The notes beneath the pieces are model-generated. The model did no database searches. It was not told the DNA's origin and saw nothing but the letters and a program-made list of their open reading frames with translations. Position numbers and translations under genes: made by a program. DNA of 64,000 nucleotides, from positions 3,680,001 through 3,744,000 of the forward strand of contig OZ253580.1 in assembly GCA_965263035.1 (NCBI GenBank). Direction: 5' to 3'. Numbering within the stretch: position 1 is the first letter of the stretch; each line of letters starts with the position of its first letter. Source of the stretch: Acidobacteriota bacterium (GTDB lineage: Bacteria; Acidobacteriota; UBA6911; RPQK01; JAJDTT01). Below are positions 9,080 to 17,831 of the stretch, piece by piece.

Positions 9080-10516
9080 TTGGAGGACATTGGATCCGTG
9101 TTTGGTGTGGAATTTCGGCGTTGGGTCTTGATTCTATCTGCTACGGCCTTGTGTGTTGCCGTCGTTTCATGCGAAGGCGAGACGGTATCGAAGGGAGACA
9201 AGAAGCAGTTCCTTAAAGAAGTCGACCTGCTCGAAGATCCTTCAGAGAAGAGGGCCGAACTCGAAGCGTACATCACTCGAAATCCAGACGGACCTCAACT
9301 GTCATTCGCATATGGCCTGTTGCTGGACCTACTGAGAACAGAGCACCCTCAGGACGCTCTCAGATTGGCAGACAGAATACTGACCGAGCAGAAGACAGAC
9401 ACCGAACTTCACTACTACGCCTACCTCACAAAGTTCACGGTGTATGAAGATCTCGGTGACCGGGACGCCGCCGCAGCATTGGCCCGCCGAGTCCTCACCT
9501 CTGAAAGCGATCCGAACCTCCTCCGTCTCGCCAGGCCTCATGATCCCGAGAAGGCGGAAGAGTACGAGGCTCGGATTCAAAGCTCGCATATCAATTCTCA
9601 AGAGATCGAAGCCATCGGCTGGGAGTCGCGGTTGTACGACTTAAGCCCCAGTGACTTGAAAAAAATGTCAGATGAAGACAGAGCCCGCCGTTTGACTCAG
9701 CAGATCCGGCGCTACGAAGCACTTCCGGAGAGCGACCGCGCCCTCACCAACAAATTTCCTGCTCTTTACTTCGAGATCGCTCGCCTATTGGCCCGTTTGG
9801 GAGACGGTGAATCGGCCCTATCTTATCTTGAGCGAGTCGAGGAAGTGCCGGGATCAGACTGGCATCTCGCCAGCAGCCGTGGCGAAGTCTACGTAAAAAT
9901 GGGAAAATCCTTACTAGCCATAGAAGCCCTTACTGAGGCACTCGCTTTGACTATGGCTCCGTGGCTTTGGCAACGGATTCAGGAGACATGCGAGTCCGTG
10001 GGGGAATCTCCGGAGAAATGGCTGGCGCGAAGCCGACAAATTCGCGCCGAACGACGCTGGGTTTTCCCCAATCTGAACCTTGAGACGCCTGACACCGAGA
10101 AATGGAATCTGCATGACTTCCTGGGTAGTGCTGGTAGTGTCGTCGTTTTCTTTTCGCCCGGCTGAGGTCCATGCATTGCGGAGTTGCCGCATTTGCAACG
10201 TTTCCATGATCGCTACGCGGACTCGGGACTCCGGGTAGTACTCCTCGAATACGGCGGTTGGACACATCAGCAGATCGAGTCTTGGCTCGACAAGCAGAGG
10301 GGTAGTCTTCCCGTCCTCCTCGGGGCTGATCGAGAACGGCTTGAAAAGAAATACAATATTCGAGTCACTCCGACCAAGTTCATCCTCGACGAAAACGGGC
10401 GAGTTCTGTTCCGTCAAATAGGATATGGCCCAGGTGTCGAGAAGACTCTGGAAGCGCAGATTCGAGAAGCGCTAGGCATGAACCCTTTTCTGGCCGAGAC
10501 AGTGAGCGCACCTTGA
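9080..10516 (+). CDS. TPR plus TlpA/thioredoxin-like protein, probable selenoprotein (TGA 10163-10165 read as Sec)
   Basis: ORFs 9080-10165 and 10184-10516 are in frame; read-through gives VVVFFSPG-U-GPC-IAELPHL (UxxC) and later YNIRVTPTKFILD (cis-Pro loop); helical TPR-like N-terminal part; lipobox-like AVVSC. Confidence 0.75.
10172..10197 (+). promoter_or_regulatory. Candidate bacterial SECIS hairpin
   Basis: TGCGG-AGTTG-CCGCA stem-loop begins 11 nt after the TGA and can be extended by TGCA/TGCA pairing. Confidence 0.55.
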
Positions 10517-10861
10517 GCAAGCCCGTAGTTCAATTCGGGCCACGCCTCCTCAATCTTCTTTAACTCCCGTCGGAACACAATGCCAATGTTCCCTGGGCCA
10601 GCGCGGGTCCTGGATCCAAGCGGCCAAGAAGCTTTTCGACGATGCACAGACCAGTGGCAGCCATCTACGTTTTCCGATTCGCCCCACGACTGGAACCGAC
10701 CGGGACCGCGTGATCTACGACGCGGTTCAGCAGGTGTGCAGACTCGCCAACAGGCTTCGGACGGCGTTCCCAGACGCATAGCGATTAGCTCAGCGAGTGA
10801 ACGATATTGTGGGCCTTGCGGCAGCTGGAAGCAGTAAATCGTTGTGATCGGGTGGGCCACT

Positions 10862-10884
10862 GCCGTTAACTGAAATTAACAGAC
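10862..10884. repeat. Type-B palindromic site (B2)
   Basis: GCCGTTAA-CTGAAA-TTAACAGAC. Confidence 0.8.
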
Positions 10885-10986
10885 GTTCTCTGGAAAAAGG
10901 GAGGATCACGGGGGGTGCGAATCAGCCCCAAGCCTCCCGGAAACACGGACCAGGAAAAGACCACCAAGCCCCTCCAAGAGGGTTCA

Positions 10987-11015
10987 GGATACGATAATTG
11001 CACTTTATCGTAATC
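10987..11015. repeat. Type-A 29-bp site (A3)
   Basis: GGATACGATAA-TTGCACT-TTATCGTAATC. Confidence 0.9.
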
Positions 11016-11187
11016 TAATCCACGGCCCTGACTCCCCTATTCTCCGCCGGACGAGGCGCTCGATCTCCTCTTTTTTTAACCCGGTGAGCCCATCCGGGCA
11101 CCAAAATCACATTCCTTGATGCCGTACCTCCTGCCCTCTGTGAGGATGGTCTACGGGGGGCAGGGGACCAAGGTAGAAGGAGGTGCC

Positions 11188-11694
11188 GTGATGACAACAA
11201 CGATGAAATCGAGCCGGACTCAAGTTTTTGTTTTGCTCCTGGCAGGACTACTCGCACAACCGGTGACGGCGGGGGTGATTCCAGGGCGCTGGGAGAAGGT
11301 CTCGACCTTGGAAATGACGTCGCCCATCACGGCGGAACTGAAAAACGGGGATCGGATCCGGGGCCAGTTCCGACGGCTGTCGCCATCAGCCCTGGAACTC
11401 CGGAGCCGCGCCGGTTGGGCAGTGATCCCAAAATCGGACATCCGGACGATTACCACTCCCTCAAAGGATGGTCTGGGCAACGGAGCCGGCATTGGCGCAG
11501 CGATTGGGGCTGGACTTGCACTCGGGGCCTTCGGCTTAGCAGTTCGTACTCGAGGTGGGTTGGATGGTGATACTTGGCCCTTTTTGATGATTGGAGGCAT
11601 CGGAGCCAGCATCGGAGCCGGCATTGGCGCAGCTGCCGATGCTGCCATGAAGGGCGAGCCCATCGTGGTCTACAAAGCGCCCGGAACTCCTTAG
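11188..11694 (+). CDS. Secreted protein with a C-terminal glycine-zipper-like hydrophobic region (paralog 1)
   Basis: RBS AAGGAGG, signal peptide, VIPGRWEKV domain, GAGIGAAIGAG and GASIGAGIGA segments. Confidence 0.75.
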   Translation: MMTTTMKSSRTQVFVLLLAGLLAQPVTAGVIPGRWEKVSTLEMTSPITAELKNGDRIRGQFRRLSPSALELRSRAGWAVIPKSDIRTITTPSKDGLGNGAGIGAAIGAGLALGAFGLAVRTRGGLDGDTWPFLMIGGIGASIGAGIGAAADAAMKGEPIVVYKAPGTP

Positions 11695-11734
11695 AGTCCC
11701 AAGCACAGAGATCCGAAAGGGAGGCGACGATAGG

Positions 11735-11758
11735 GTCCGTTAACTGAAATTAACGGCC
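11735..11758. repeat. Type-B palindromic site (B3)
   Basis: GTCCGTTAA-CTGAAA-TTAACGGCC. Confidence 0.8.
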
Positions 11759-11972
11759 TTCTCCCTTCTGCCCCACCCGATCCAGGATTCCAGACGCCGT
11801 GAATTCCCGGTCTCGGTGAGCCCATTTCGACGAAAAAATCACATTTGTTGATGTGTACCTCCTGCCCTTGGTGGGGACGACCCACGGGGGGCAGAAGAGC
11901 AATGGTTCGACGGTGACCGTGAGCGTCTCCGGCGACCAGCAGTGTTTCTTCAGGAAAGAAGGAGGTGCGAAG

Positions 11973-12566
11973 GTGATAACCCCAAAGATGAAATCCTGCC
12001 GAACCCAAATCCTCTCCTTGATCCTGGGGGGACTGATCGCACAGCCGGCGCAAGCGGAGGTGATCCCCGGACGGTGGGAGAAGGTCTCCGCCTTGGAAAT
12101 GGCGTCGCCCATCGTGGTGGAACTGAATGCCGGGGATCGAATCAAGGGCCAGTTCCGAGGCCTGTCGGCATCAGATCTGGATCTCCTGAGCCCCTCTGGT
12201 TGGGCAGTGATACCGAAATCGGACATCCGAACGATTACATCTCCTTCGAAGGACGGCCTAGGCGACGGAGCCAAGATTGGAGCCGGGATAGGGGCCGGGA
12301 TTGTAGTCGGAGCCGTTGGCATAGCTGCCATGGCCCAAAATAAGGGGGATGCTGCCAGTGCGCCAATGCTAATGTTGATACTTGGAGGCGGTGCAGCAGG
12401 CATAGGAGCGGGACTGGGTATGATTGCCGACGCCGTAATAAAGACCGAGGACATCGTGTTGTACATAGCGCCCGGAACTCCTCGCCGGTCCAAGCACAAA
12501 GATTCGGAGTGGTGGCCCCCAGATCCGCCGGCGGCCGAGACGGAGGAACCCCAAAATTCACAATGA
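11973..12566 (+). CDS. Secreted glycine-zipper-like protein (paralog 2)
   Basis: RBS AAGGAGG plus GTG; shares VIPGRWEKVS and GWAVIPKSDIRTIT with 11188-11694. Confidence 0.75.
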   Translation: MITPKMKSCRTQILSLILGGLIAQPAQAEVIPGRWEKVSALEMASPIVVELNAGDRIKGQFRGLSASDLDLLSPSGWAVIPKSDIRTITSPSKDGLGDGAKIGAGIGAGIVVGAVGIAAMAQNKGDAASAPMLMLILGGGAAGIGAGLGMIADAVIKTEDIVLYIAPGTPRRSKHKDSEWWPPDPPAAETEEPQNSQ

Positions 12567-12718
12567 CTGGGACGGGCGTTCTCCAACTGGTAGGAATCTA
12601 ATCCTAGATTCCCTATAGCAGCGGGTTTCCTCCCCTTCTCTCGGAGGGCGTGGGTTAGCCTCAAGCCACCTGGAAACACGGTCCGGAAAAAAGGACCAGA
12701 CTCTTCCAAGAGGACTCA

Positions 12719-12747
12719 GGGTACGATAATTGCACTTTATCGTACCC
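12719..12747. repeat. Type-A 29-bp site (A4), perfect 11-7-11 palindrome
   Basis: GGGTACGATAA-TTGCACT-TTATCGTACCC. Confidence 0.9.
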
Positions 12748-12939
12748 GTGCCGGGCGCCGAATCCGCACAGCCAACGAGAAGTGTACGCCCCTCGGAGAG
12801 AAGGGGAAGGAGGGCCCATCACCGCACCCTCTCCCCCTCACCAAAGTCTGATTTGACCGTCCCTTTTCTCGGGTAGTTCTCGCTACTGCTCAGGATGGGA
12901 CTGCCTAAACTAGCCCACTGGGGTATATAATGTCGTTCG

Positions 12940-13277
12940 ATGCAAACAGTGGCCGAGACCCCGACATTCTCCCGTCAGGCCGAAAAGCTGTTCAGTGAGG
13001 ATGAGAAAATGAGCTAATCAACTTCCTCGCGGAGAATCCGCTGGCAGCTGATGAAATTCCGAGTACGGGCGGTGTCCGAAAGCTACGCTTCGCAGCCTCC
13101 GGCCGGGGCAAGCGAGGCGGGGCTCGAGTGATCTACTACTACTTGGACGAAGCGAGTCCGGTTTACGCGCTGCTTGCCTATGCGAAGAGTTCGAAAACTG
13201 ACATGACACCGAAAGAAAGGCGCACGGTTTCAAAACTCGTAGTCGCACTCAAGGCGGCCCGAAAGGGGATGAAATGA
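12940..13277 (+). pseudogene. RelE/HigB-family toxin, frameshifted
   Basis: MQTVAETPTFSRQAEKLFSEDEK, one base missing in the A-run near 13006-13009, then ELINFLAENP..GGVRKLRFAASGRGKRGGARVIYYY; ATGA overlap with the antitoxin; TATAAT at 12926 suggests a leaderless transcript. Confidence 0.8.
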
Positions 13278-13564
13278 GCACATTTGGAGACGACCTGATC
13301 CAGTCACTCAAAGAAGCCCTCGCTCACGCAAAGGGAGATGGCTACGCTATCCTCCATGCTCCCGTAACTCCACGCGAGGTTCGGGAACAGGCGAAGCTCA
13401 CACAGGCGCAGATGGCGCCATTGATGGGCATGAGCCTTTCCGGCTACCGGAAATGGGAACAGGGAACGCGCCAGATTAGCGGCCCGGCTGCAACTCTTCT
13501 GCGTGTGATCGCAAAGGAACCAGAGGCCGTCAAGCGCGCATTGCTGTCTTCGGGGCAAGTATAA
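13274..13564 (+). CDS. HigA-like XRE/HTH antitoxin
   Basis: FGDDLIQSLKEAL...LTQAQMAPLMGMSLSGYRKWEQG..GPAATLLRVI. Confidence 0.85.
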   Translation: MSTFGDDLIQSLKEALAHAKGDGYAILHAPVTPREVREQAKLTQAQMAPLMGMSLSGYRKWEQGTRQISGPAATLLRVIAKEPEAVKRALLSSGQV

Positions 13565-13939
13565 GCATAGTAGTAGAGAGGACCCTCCTCTTGCAGCGCA
13601 TGCTTAGAAAGTGCCGGAGTCACGCAATAGGAAAGACACAATGGCCTTTGTATTGCACGGGTCTTTCGCGCCCGGGATCCGCACCAAGTCGGCAAGCCGA
13701 TCAAATCACCCTCCCGGTCGGCTGTTGAGAACCTGGGAATCCTCTAGGAGGCTGTCCGAGAATTCGACATTGAGTGACCTTCACCCGTAGCCATGCTCAG
13801 GGGCAATGGCCCAAGGCTCCGAAGACCCTCGAAGCCTGGCCTCCGGAGCCGAAGGAATCGATGGGCTACTCTATTTACGACTCGGAAAGAGGCTACAGCG
13901 GCCGATTTTTGACTTCATCCGCCCTTATCCGCCCCTTTT

Positions 13940-15460
13940 TTACGCCCAGGCCGCTCGCTTCCCGAACTCCGGACACAACACCTCTCCCCGCAGAGCCGCA
14001 AGCATGATCTTTTTGAGATTGTGCGCCACGCAGACCAAGGAGAACTCCCCGGCCACTTTCTCCTTGCCCCGCAGCCCGAATCCCCGAAATCCCGAGTTCT
14101 TGATCTGCCCGAATACCGGCTCGACGATGGTCTTGCGACGCGCGTAGAGCGCTCGGCTCTCCGGTTTCGACATCCGCTCGTTCATCGCCCGTCGCAACGG
14201 CTCCTTCCCGTCGCTCGTGATCGTGCGCGCCGCCCCTGACTTCGACCGGCAGCACCGACGATAGTAGGCACAGGATCGGCACTCCTCGATGTCCCCCTGA
14301 TACACCCGCTGTCCCGTGCCGCGGGGGGTCTTCGACCTCAGCAGTTGGCCGCCGGGACAATGAAACCCGTCCCGCTCCCCGTCGTAACGAAAGTCCGCTT
14401 TCACCAGGCGACGCTCACTCTCCTCCAGCTCTCCCTTCCCCCGCTTCTCGCCCCGGTCCGTCGCCACGTACGCTTCCACCTGACGATCGGACACCTCCTG
14501 CAGGTTCTTTCCCGAATAGTAGCCGTGGTCCAGGCTCAGCTTCTCCGGCAACCGACCGCTCGTCTCCTCCATCTCATCCAGCGCCCGAGCCACCTCCTGG
14601 GCATCGTTCGCCTGTTGGCTCACGTGCTGACCCACGATCACCTGCGATGTCTCCTCCACGCTGATCTGCGCGTTGTACGCGTACTCGAACCCCCCTTTTT
14701 GCTTCATGATCCGCGCCTCGGGGTCCGCAAAGCTGAGCTGCTTCTTGTCCTCGATCTCCCGACCCGGTCGAAGCTCCGCCTCCCGCGCTTCCAGCGACTG
14801 TTTCGTCTCCCGGATCTTCTGCAACCGCTGCTGCTTGTCGCGCAGTTCCTCCGGCAACTCATACCCGGTCCGCTCCGCGTAGGCTCGATCCTCTTGCTCG
14901 TCGCAGCGATCGGCCTGTCGGGTCAAGGCCTCGATCTCCTCGCACAACTCCTTCTCCTTCTCCTTCTCCTTCAGTCGTCCGTAACTCATCGCCTTGTGCT
15001 TCGAGCTGTTCGCCTTGAACTTGGACCCGTCCAGGCTCACGTGGCCCAAACTCACCAGCCCCAGCCCCAGCCCCAGCGCCAACTGCACCGTCTGCTTGAA
15101 ACAGGACCGGAAGAACTCCCCGCGGTCCTTCCGGAAATCGCTCAACACCCGGAAGTTCGGGCAGTTCCTCCCCGCCAGGTACATGAAGCCGAGATCTTCC
15201 CGGCAGCGCTGCTCGATCTGTCGCGAGCTGAACACGCCGTGACTGCAGGCGTAGATCAGGATCGAAACGATCTGGCGCGGCGCGTAGGCCCGCTGACCCC
15301 GGTGGCTGTACCGGGCCTTCACTTCCGTCGTGTCCAGCTGCCGAAACAGATCCCGGTAGAGGAAACACTCGTGATCCTCCGGCAACAAGTCGAATACGTT
15401 AGCTGGAAACAGCTGACTCTGGTAGTAATCTTTCGGGTAGGCTTTGAAGCGAGGGGGCAT
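13940..15460 (-). CDS. IS1182-family DDE transposase
   Basis: GVFSSRQIE, PNFRVLSDFR, LDGSKFKANSS, YAYNAQI, LDHGY, RRKTIVEPVFGQIK motifs. Confidence 0.92.
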   Translation of the reverse strand: MPPRFKAYPKDYYQSQLFPANVFDLLPEDHECFLYRDLFRQLDTTEVKARYSHRGQRAYAPRQIVSILIYACSHGVFSSRQIEQRCREDLGFMYLAGRNCPNFRVLSDFRKDRGEFFRSCFKQTVQLALGLGLGLVSLGHVSLDGSKFKANSSKHKAMSYGRLKEKEKEKELCEEIEALTRQADRCDEQEDRAYAERTGYELPEELRDKQQRLQKIRETKQSLEAREAELRPGREIEDKKQLSFADPEARIMKQKGGFEYAYNAQISVEETSQVIVGQHVSQQANDAQEVARALDEMEETSGRLPEKLSLDHGYYSGKNLQEVSDRQVEAYVATDRGEKRGKGELEESERRLVKADFRYDGERDGFHCPGGQLLRSKTPRGTGQRVYQGDIEECRSCAYYRRCCRSKSGAARTITSDGKEPLRRAMNERMSKPESRALYARRKTIVEPVFGQIKNSGFRGFGLRGKEKVAGEFSLVCVAHNLKKIMLAALRGEVLCPEFGKRAAWA

Positions 15461-15848
15461 CCGACACTCTCCTGATGATCTGTTCCCCTTATTTTAGGGA
15501 GTATCCATGTTGCAAGTGGTGGGTGCTAATCGGTGTTTCCATCCCGTGTCGTTAGTACGTGATCTGTCCGGTCCAAAGGGCACAGGGTTAGGAGGAGCGT
15601 TCTTCCGCCAGAGGTGAGGCGGAGATCGAGCTGGATCCAGCGGGCGCCGTGCAGGGGGCGATGAGTGGACGGATCAACTGGATCGAGGGGCCTGAGATCG
15701 TCGACGTCAGTCCTCCGGGAGGTCCGGATACGCCGTGAAGAGCTTTCATGGCCGTAAGCAAGCTTCCGGCCAGACCTGACCGGAAGTTCGACAGACGGCC
15801 ATCAGGGGGTCCACACGCTCCCTTTCCTCACGGGGTCTCTCCGTGGCC

Positions 15849-16796
15849 TCAGAAGGTCGCTCGGGGCGCTACGGGCAACCAGGTGCGGTCCTGCCGGACG
15901 AGGGTGTTGGCCAGGACGATGAGCTTGCGCATGACGGCGACGAGGGCCACCTTGCCGGGCTTGCCGCGCTCTCTCAGCCTCCGGTACACCTCGGCCAAGT
16001 CGGGGTTCCAGCGCAGGGCGGCCACCGCCGGCATGTACAGGAGCCGTCGCGCCCGCGCCCGTCCGCCCCGGATGAAGGCCCGGCCCTGCCAAGTCCCGGA
16101 CTCGCGGGGAACGGCCGCCAGCCCGGCCAGACTGGCGGCGGCCTTGCCGCTGAGGGCGCCCAGCTCGGGCATCTCGGCCAGCAGACCGGCGGCGGTGGTG
16201 GCCGCGATCCCGGGAATGGAGGTGAGGATCTCCAACTTGCGGGCCCGCGCCTCGTCGGCCGCAATCAGCTGCTGCATTTTGCGGTCGATGGCGCGCAGGT
16301 GGCGCTCGAACAAGTTGATCCGGGTCTGGTTCTGCTGTTTGAGCAAGGGTTCGCGGAGCTGTTGGCGGCGGTTGAGCAGGGCCGTGCGCTGGCGGATCAG
16401 CGCGTCCCGGGCCGTCTGCAGATCCTGGAGCCGGCGTTGCGTTTTGGACGGGGCCGGGGTCCGGCGCGGATCCAGGCTGGCGGCCAGTTGGGCCAGTTTC
16501 CGAGCGTCTACGGCGTCGGTCTTGGCGCGGCTCCCGGTCGCCCGGGCGAAACATCGGGCCTGCCAGGGGTTCACCTTGGCCAACGGCAGCTTCGCTTTGG
16601 ACAGCGCCTCCTCGAGGTCCCGGTGGTAGGGGCCGGTGGCCTCGTAGGCGACGCACTCGACCGGAGTTCCGATCCAATCGATCAGCGCCCGGAAGCCGGC
16701 CGGGTCATTGTCGAACTGGGCGGAATGGCCGTCGGCCAGCCGGTGCGCGTCCAGGTGAGCTTTCGAGATGTCGATGCCTACGGTATGCTGTTTCAT
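15849..16796 (-). CDS. IS110 DEDD recombinase
   Basis: VGIDISK, EATGPY, KTDAVDA, SIPGI, RESG (catalytic Ser region), GKPGKVALVAVMRKL. Confidence 0.95.
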   Translation of the reverse strand: MKQHTVGIDISKAHLDAHRLADGHSAQFDNDPAGFRALIDWIGTPVECVAYEATGPYHRDLEEALSKAKLPLAKVNPWQARCFARATGSRAKTDAVDARKLAQLAASLDPRRTPAPSKTQRRLQDLQTARDALIRQRTALLNRRQQLREPLLKQQNQTRINLFERHLRAIDRKMQQLIAADEARARKLEILTSIPGIAATTAAGLLAEMPELGALSGKAAASLAGLAAVPRESGTWQGRAFIRGGRARARRLLYMPAVAALRWNPDLAEVYRRLRERGKPGKVALVAVMRKLIVLANTLVRQDRTWLPVAPRATF

Positions 16797-16799
16797 CTT

Positions 16800-16965
16800 T
16801 CCTGTCTCCTGTGCTTGTCATTCGGGCCTTGATGCCCTCGTATCCATTCAGGACATCGGGAAAGACGGTGGCCGACCTCACTCCCAAACGGTTCCTAACA
16901 GTCCGCGTCGGTACGGTCCAGCCACCGCCGTCCGGGTCGCTCATGAGCGACCCGGACGGGCCTAT
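16800..16965 (-). ncRNA. IS110 bridge RNA
   Basis: Left non-coding end: 32-bp palindrome 16928-16959; target guides ACCGACGC and GGGAG; donor guides ATGGATAC and GACAAG; boundaries approximate. Confidence 0.8.
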
Positions 16966-17486
16966 TTAAACAGACAAGCGTCGGTGACAGTCCTGTTCTC
17001 GGACAGGCTCCTAGGACAGCAAGAGCCGTTTGGGCAAGGACTTCGTCACAATGACACTCCGTCACTCCGCGGCGCTCGGAATAGGCATCCTGAACGAATT
17101 CAAGCGCAGCTCTCTGGGCCCGGTCTGTACATGTGGCTCACCTATCGACCTTCGCCTTGAAGAAACCAGTGCAGCTCCGCTGGCGCAACCTCTCTCGGCA
17201 GTTTGGGGTTAATCTGGGCCAAGAGAGCAGAAAACGCGCTGTGGATAATTTCCTTGCGAAGTGTCTCCGGGAGCCTAAGGAGATCAAGGAAGCTTGACCG
17301 GAGCAACACTACGGAATCGCCCGAGGTGTGTTGCTGCTGGTTCCCTTAAAGCCCACCGTGCTACCCAAACCCTTTACGCTTCTTACGTAGTCGGATCTCG
17401 ATCCGGTGTCCTCTTGATCGTTCACGCTAACCACAGGCGAGGCGGATTTTCGCGCAGATACGGCCGGACTCTCTTGCCAGGAGAAG

Positions 17487-17571
17487 TGCGAAAGGGGGGA
17501 CTCGAACCCCCACGGGGAGTAACCCCACCAGATCCTAAATCTGGCGCGTCTGCCAATTCCGCCACTTTCGC
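17487..17571 (-). tRNA. tRNA-Leu(TAG)
   Basis: GCGAAAGTGGCGGAATTGGCAGACGCG-CCAGAT-TTAGGA-TCTGG, long variable arm, GGTTCGAGTCC; CCA not encoded. Confidence 0.95.
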
Positions 17572-17666
17572 TGAAAAAATCATTCTAACGCAAGCGCACG
17601 ATCAACAAGGGATACTATCTGCTGTGAGCGGAACGCCGTGTGATATTCTCCACTTCTCGGTCGTGG

Positions 17667-17743
17667 CGGGGCATGGCGCAGTCTGGTAGCGCGCCTGCTT
17701 TGGGAGCAGGAAGTCGGGGGTTCAAATCCCTCTGCCCCGACCA
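17667..17743 (+). tRNA. tRNA-Pro(TGG)
   Basis: CGGGGCATGGCGCAGTCTGGTAGCGCG-CCTGC-TTTGGGA-GCAGG...GGTTCAAATCC...CCCCGACCA. Confidence 0.97.
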
Positions 17744-17831
17744 TTATTCCGGAGTCGGACATCCAACGGCCTGACCTCATCGGCGTGCCGGCCGCGCGTA
17801 TCTCGGGTGACATCGTCGTAATAAGAAAATC

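Larger units (their letters stand above)
15502..16978 (-). mobile_element. IS110-family element
   Basis: Duplicated CT core (AG on + strand at 15500-15501 and 16977-16978); removing the element restores a short IS1182 end; ends match guides in its own non-coding region. Confidence 0.85.
13748..17010 (-). mobile_element. IS1182-family element carrying a nested IS110
   Basis: IRs GAGGCTGTCCGAGAA (13748) and GAGCCTGTCCGAGAA (reverse complement ending 17010), flanked by CTAG at 13744-13747 and 17011-17014. Confidence 0.85.

Noticed and set aside
8915-12747. A-site repeats as a CRISPR array
   Set aside because: Spacing is 1.7-2 kb with whole genes between copies, and no cas genes are present
4169-12747. 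Classical integron attC sites or chromosomal dif
   Set aside because: No RYYYAAC/GTTRRRY bulged hairpins, the recombinase lacks evident IntI features, and the arms do not match the XerD consensus TTATGTTAAAT
14950-15078. KEKEKEKE and GLGLGL micro-repeats in the IS1182 transposase
   Set aside because: In-frame slippage repeats with no evidence of function
17015-17486. Genomic island attached at the tRNA-Leu 3' end
   Set aside because: Plausible from position, but no duplicate of the tRNA 3' end was found in the window
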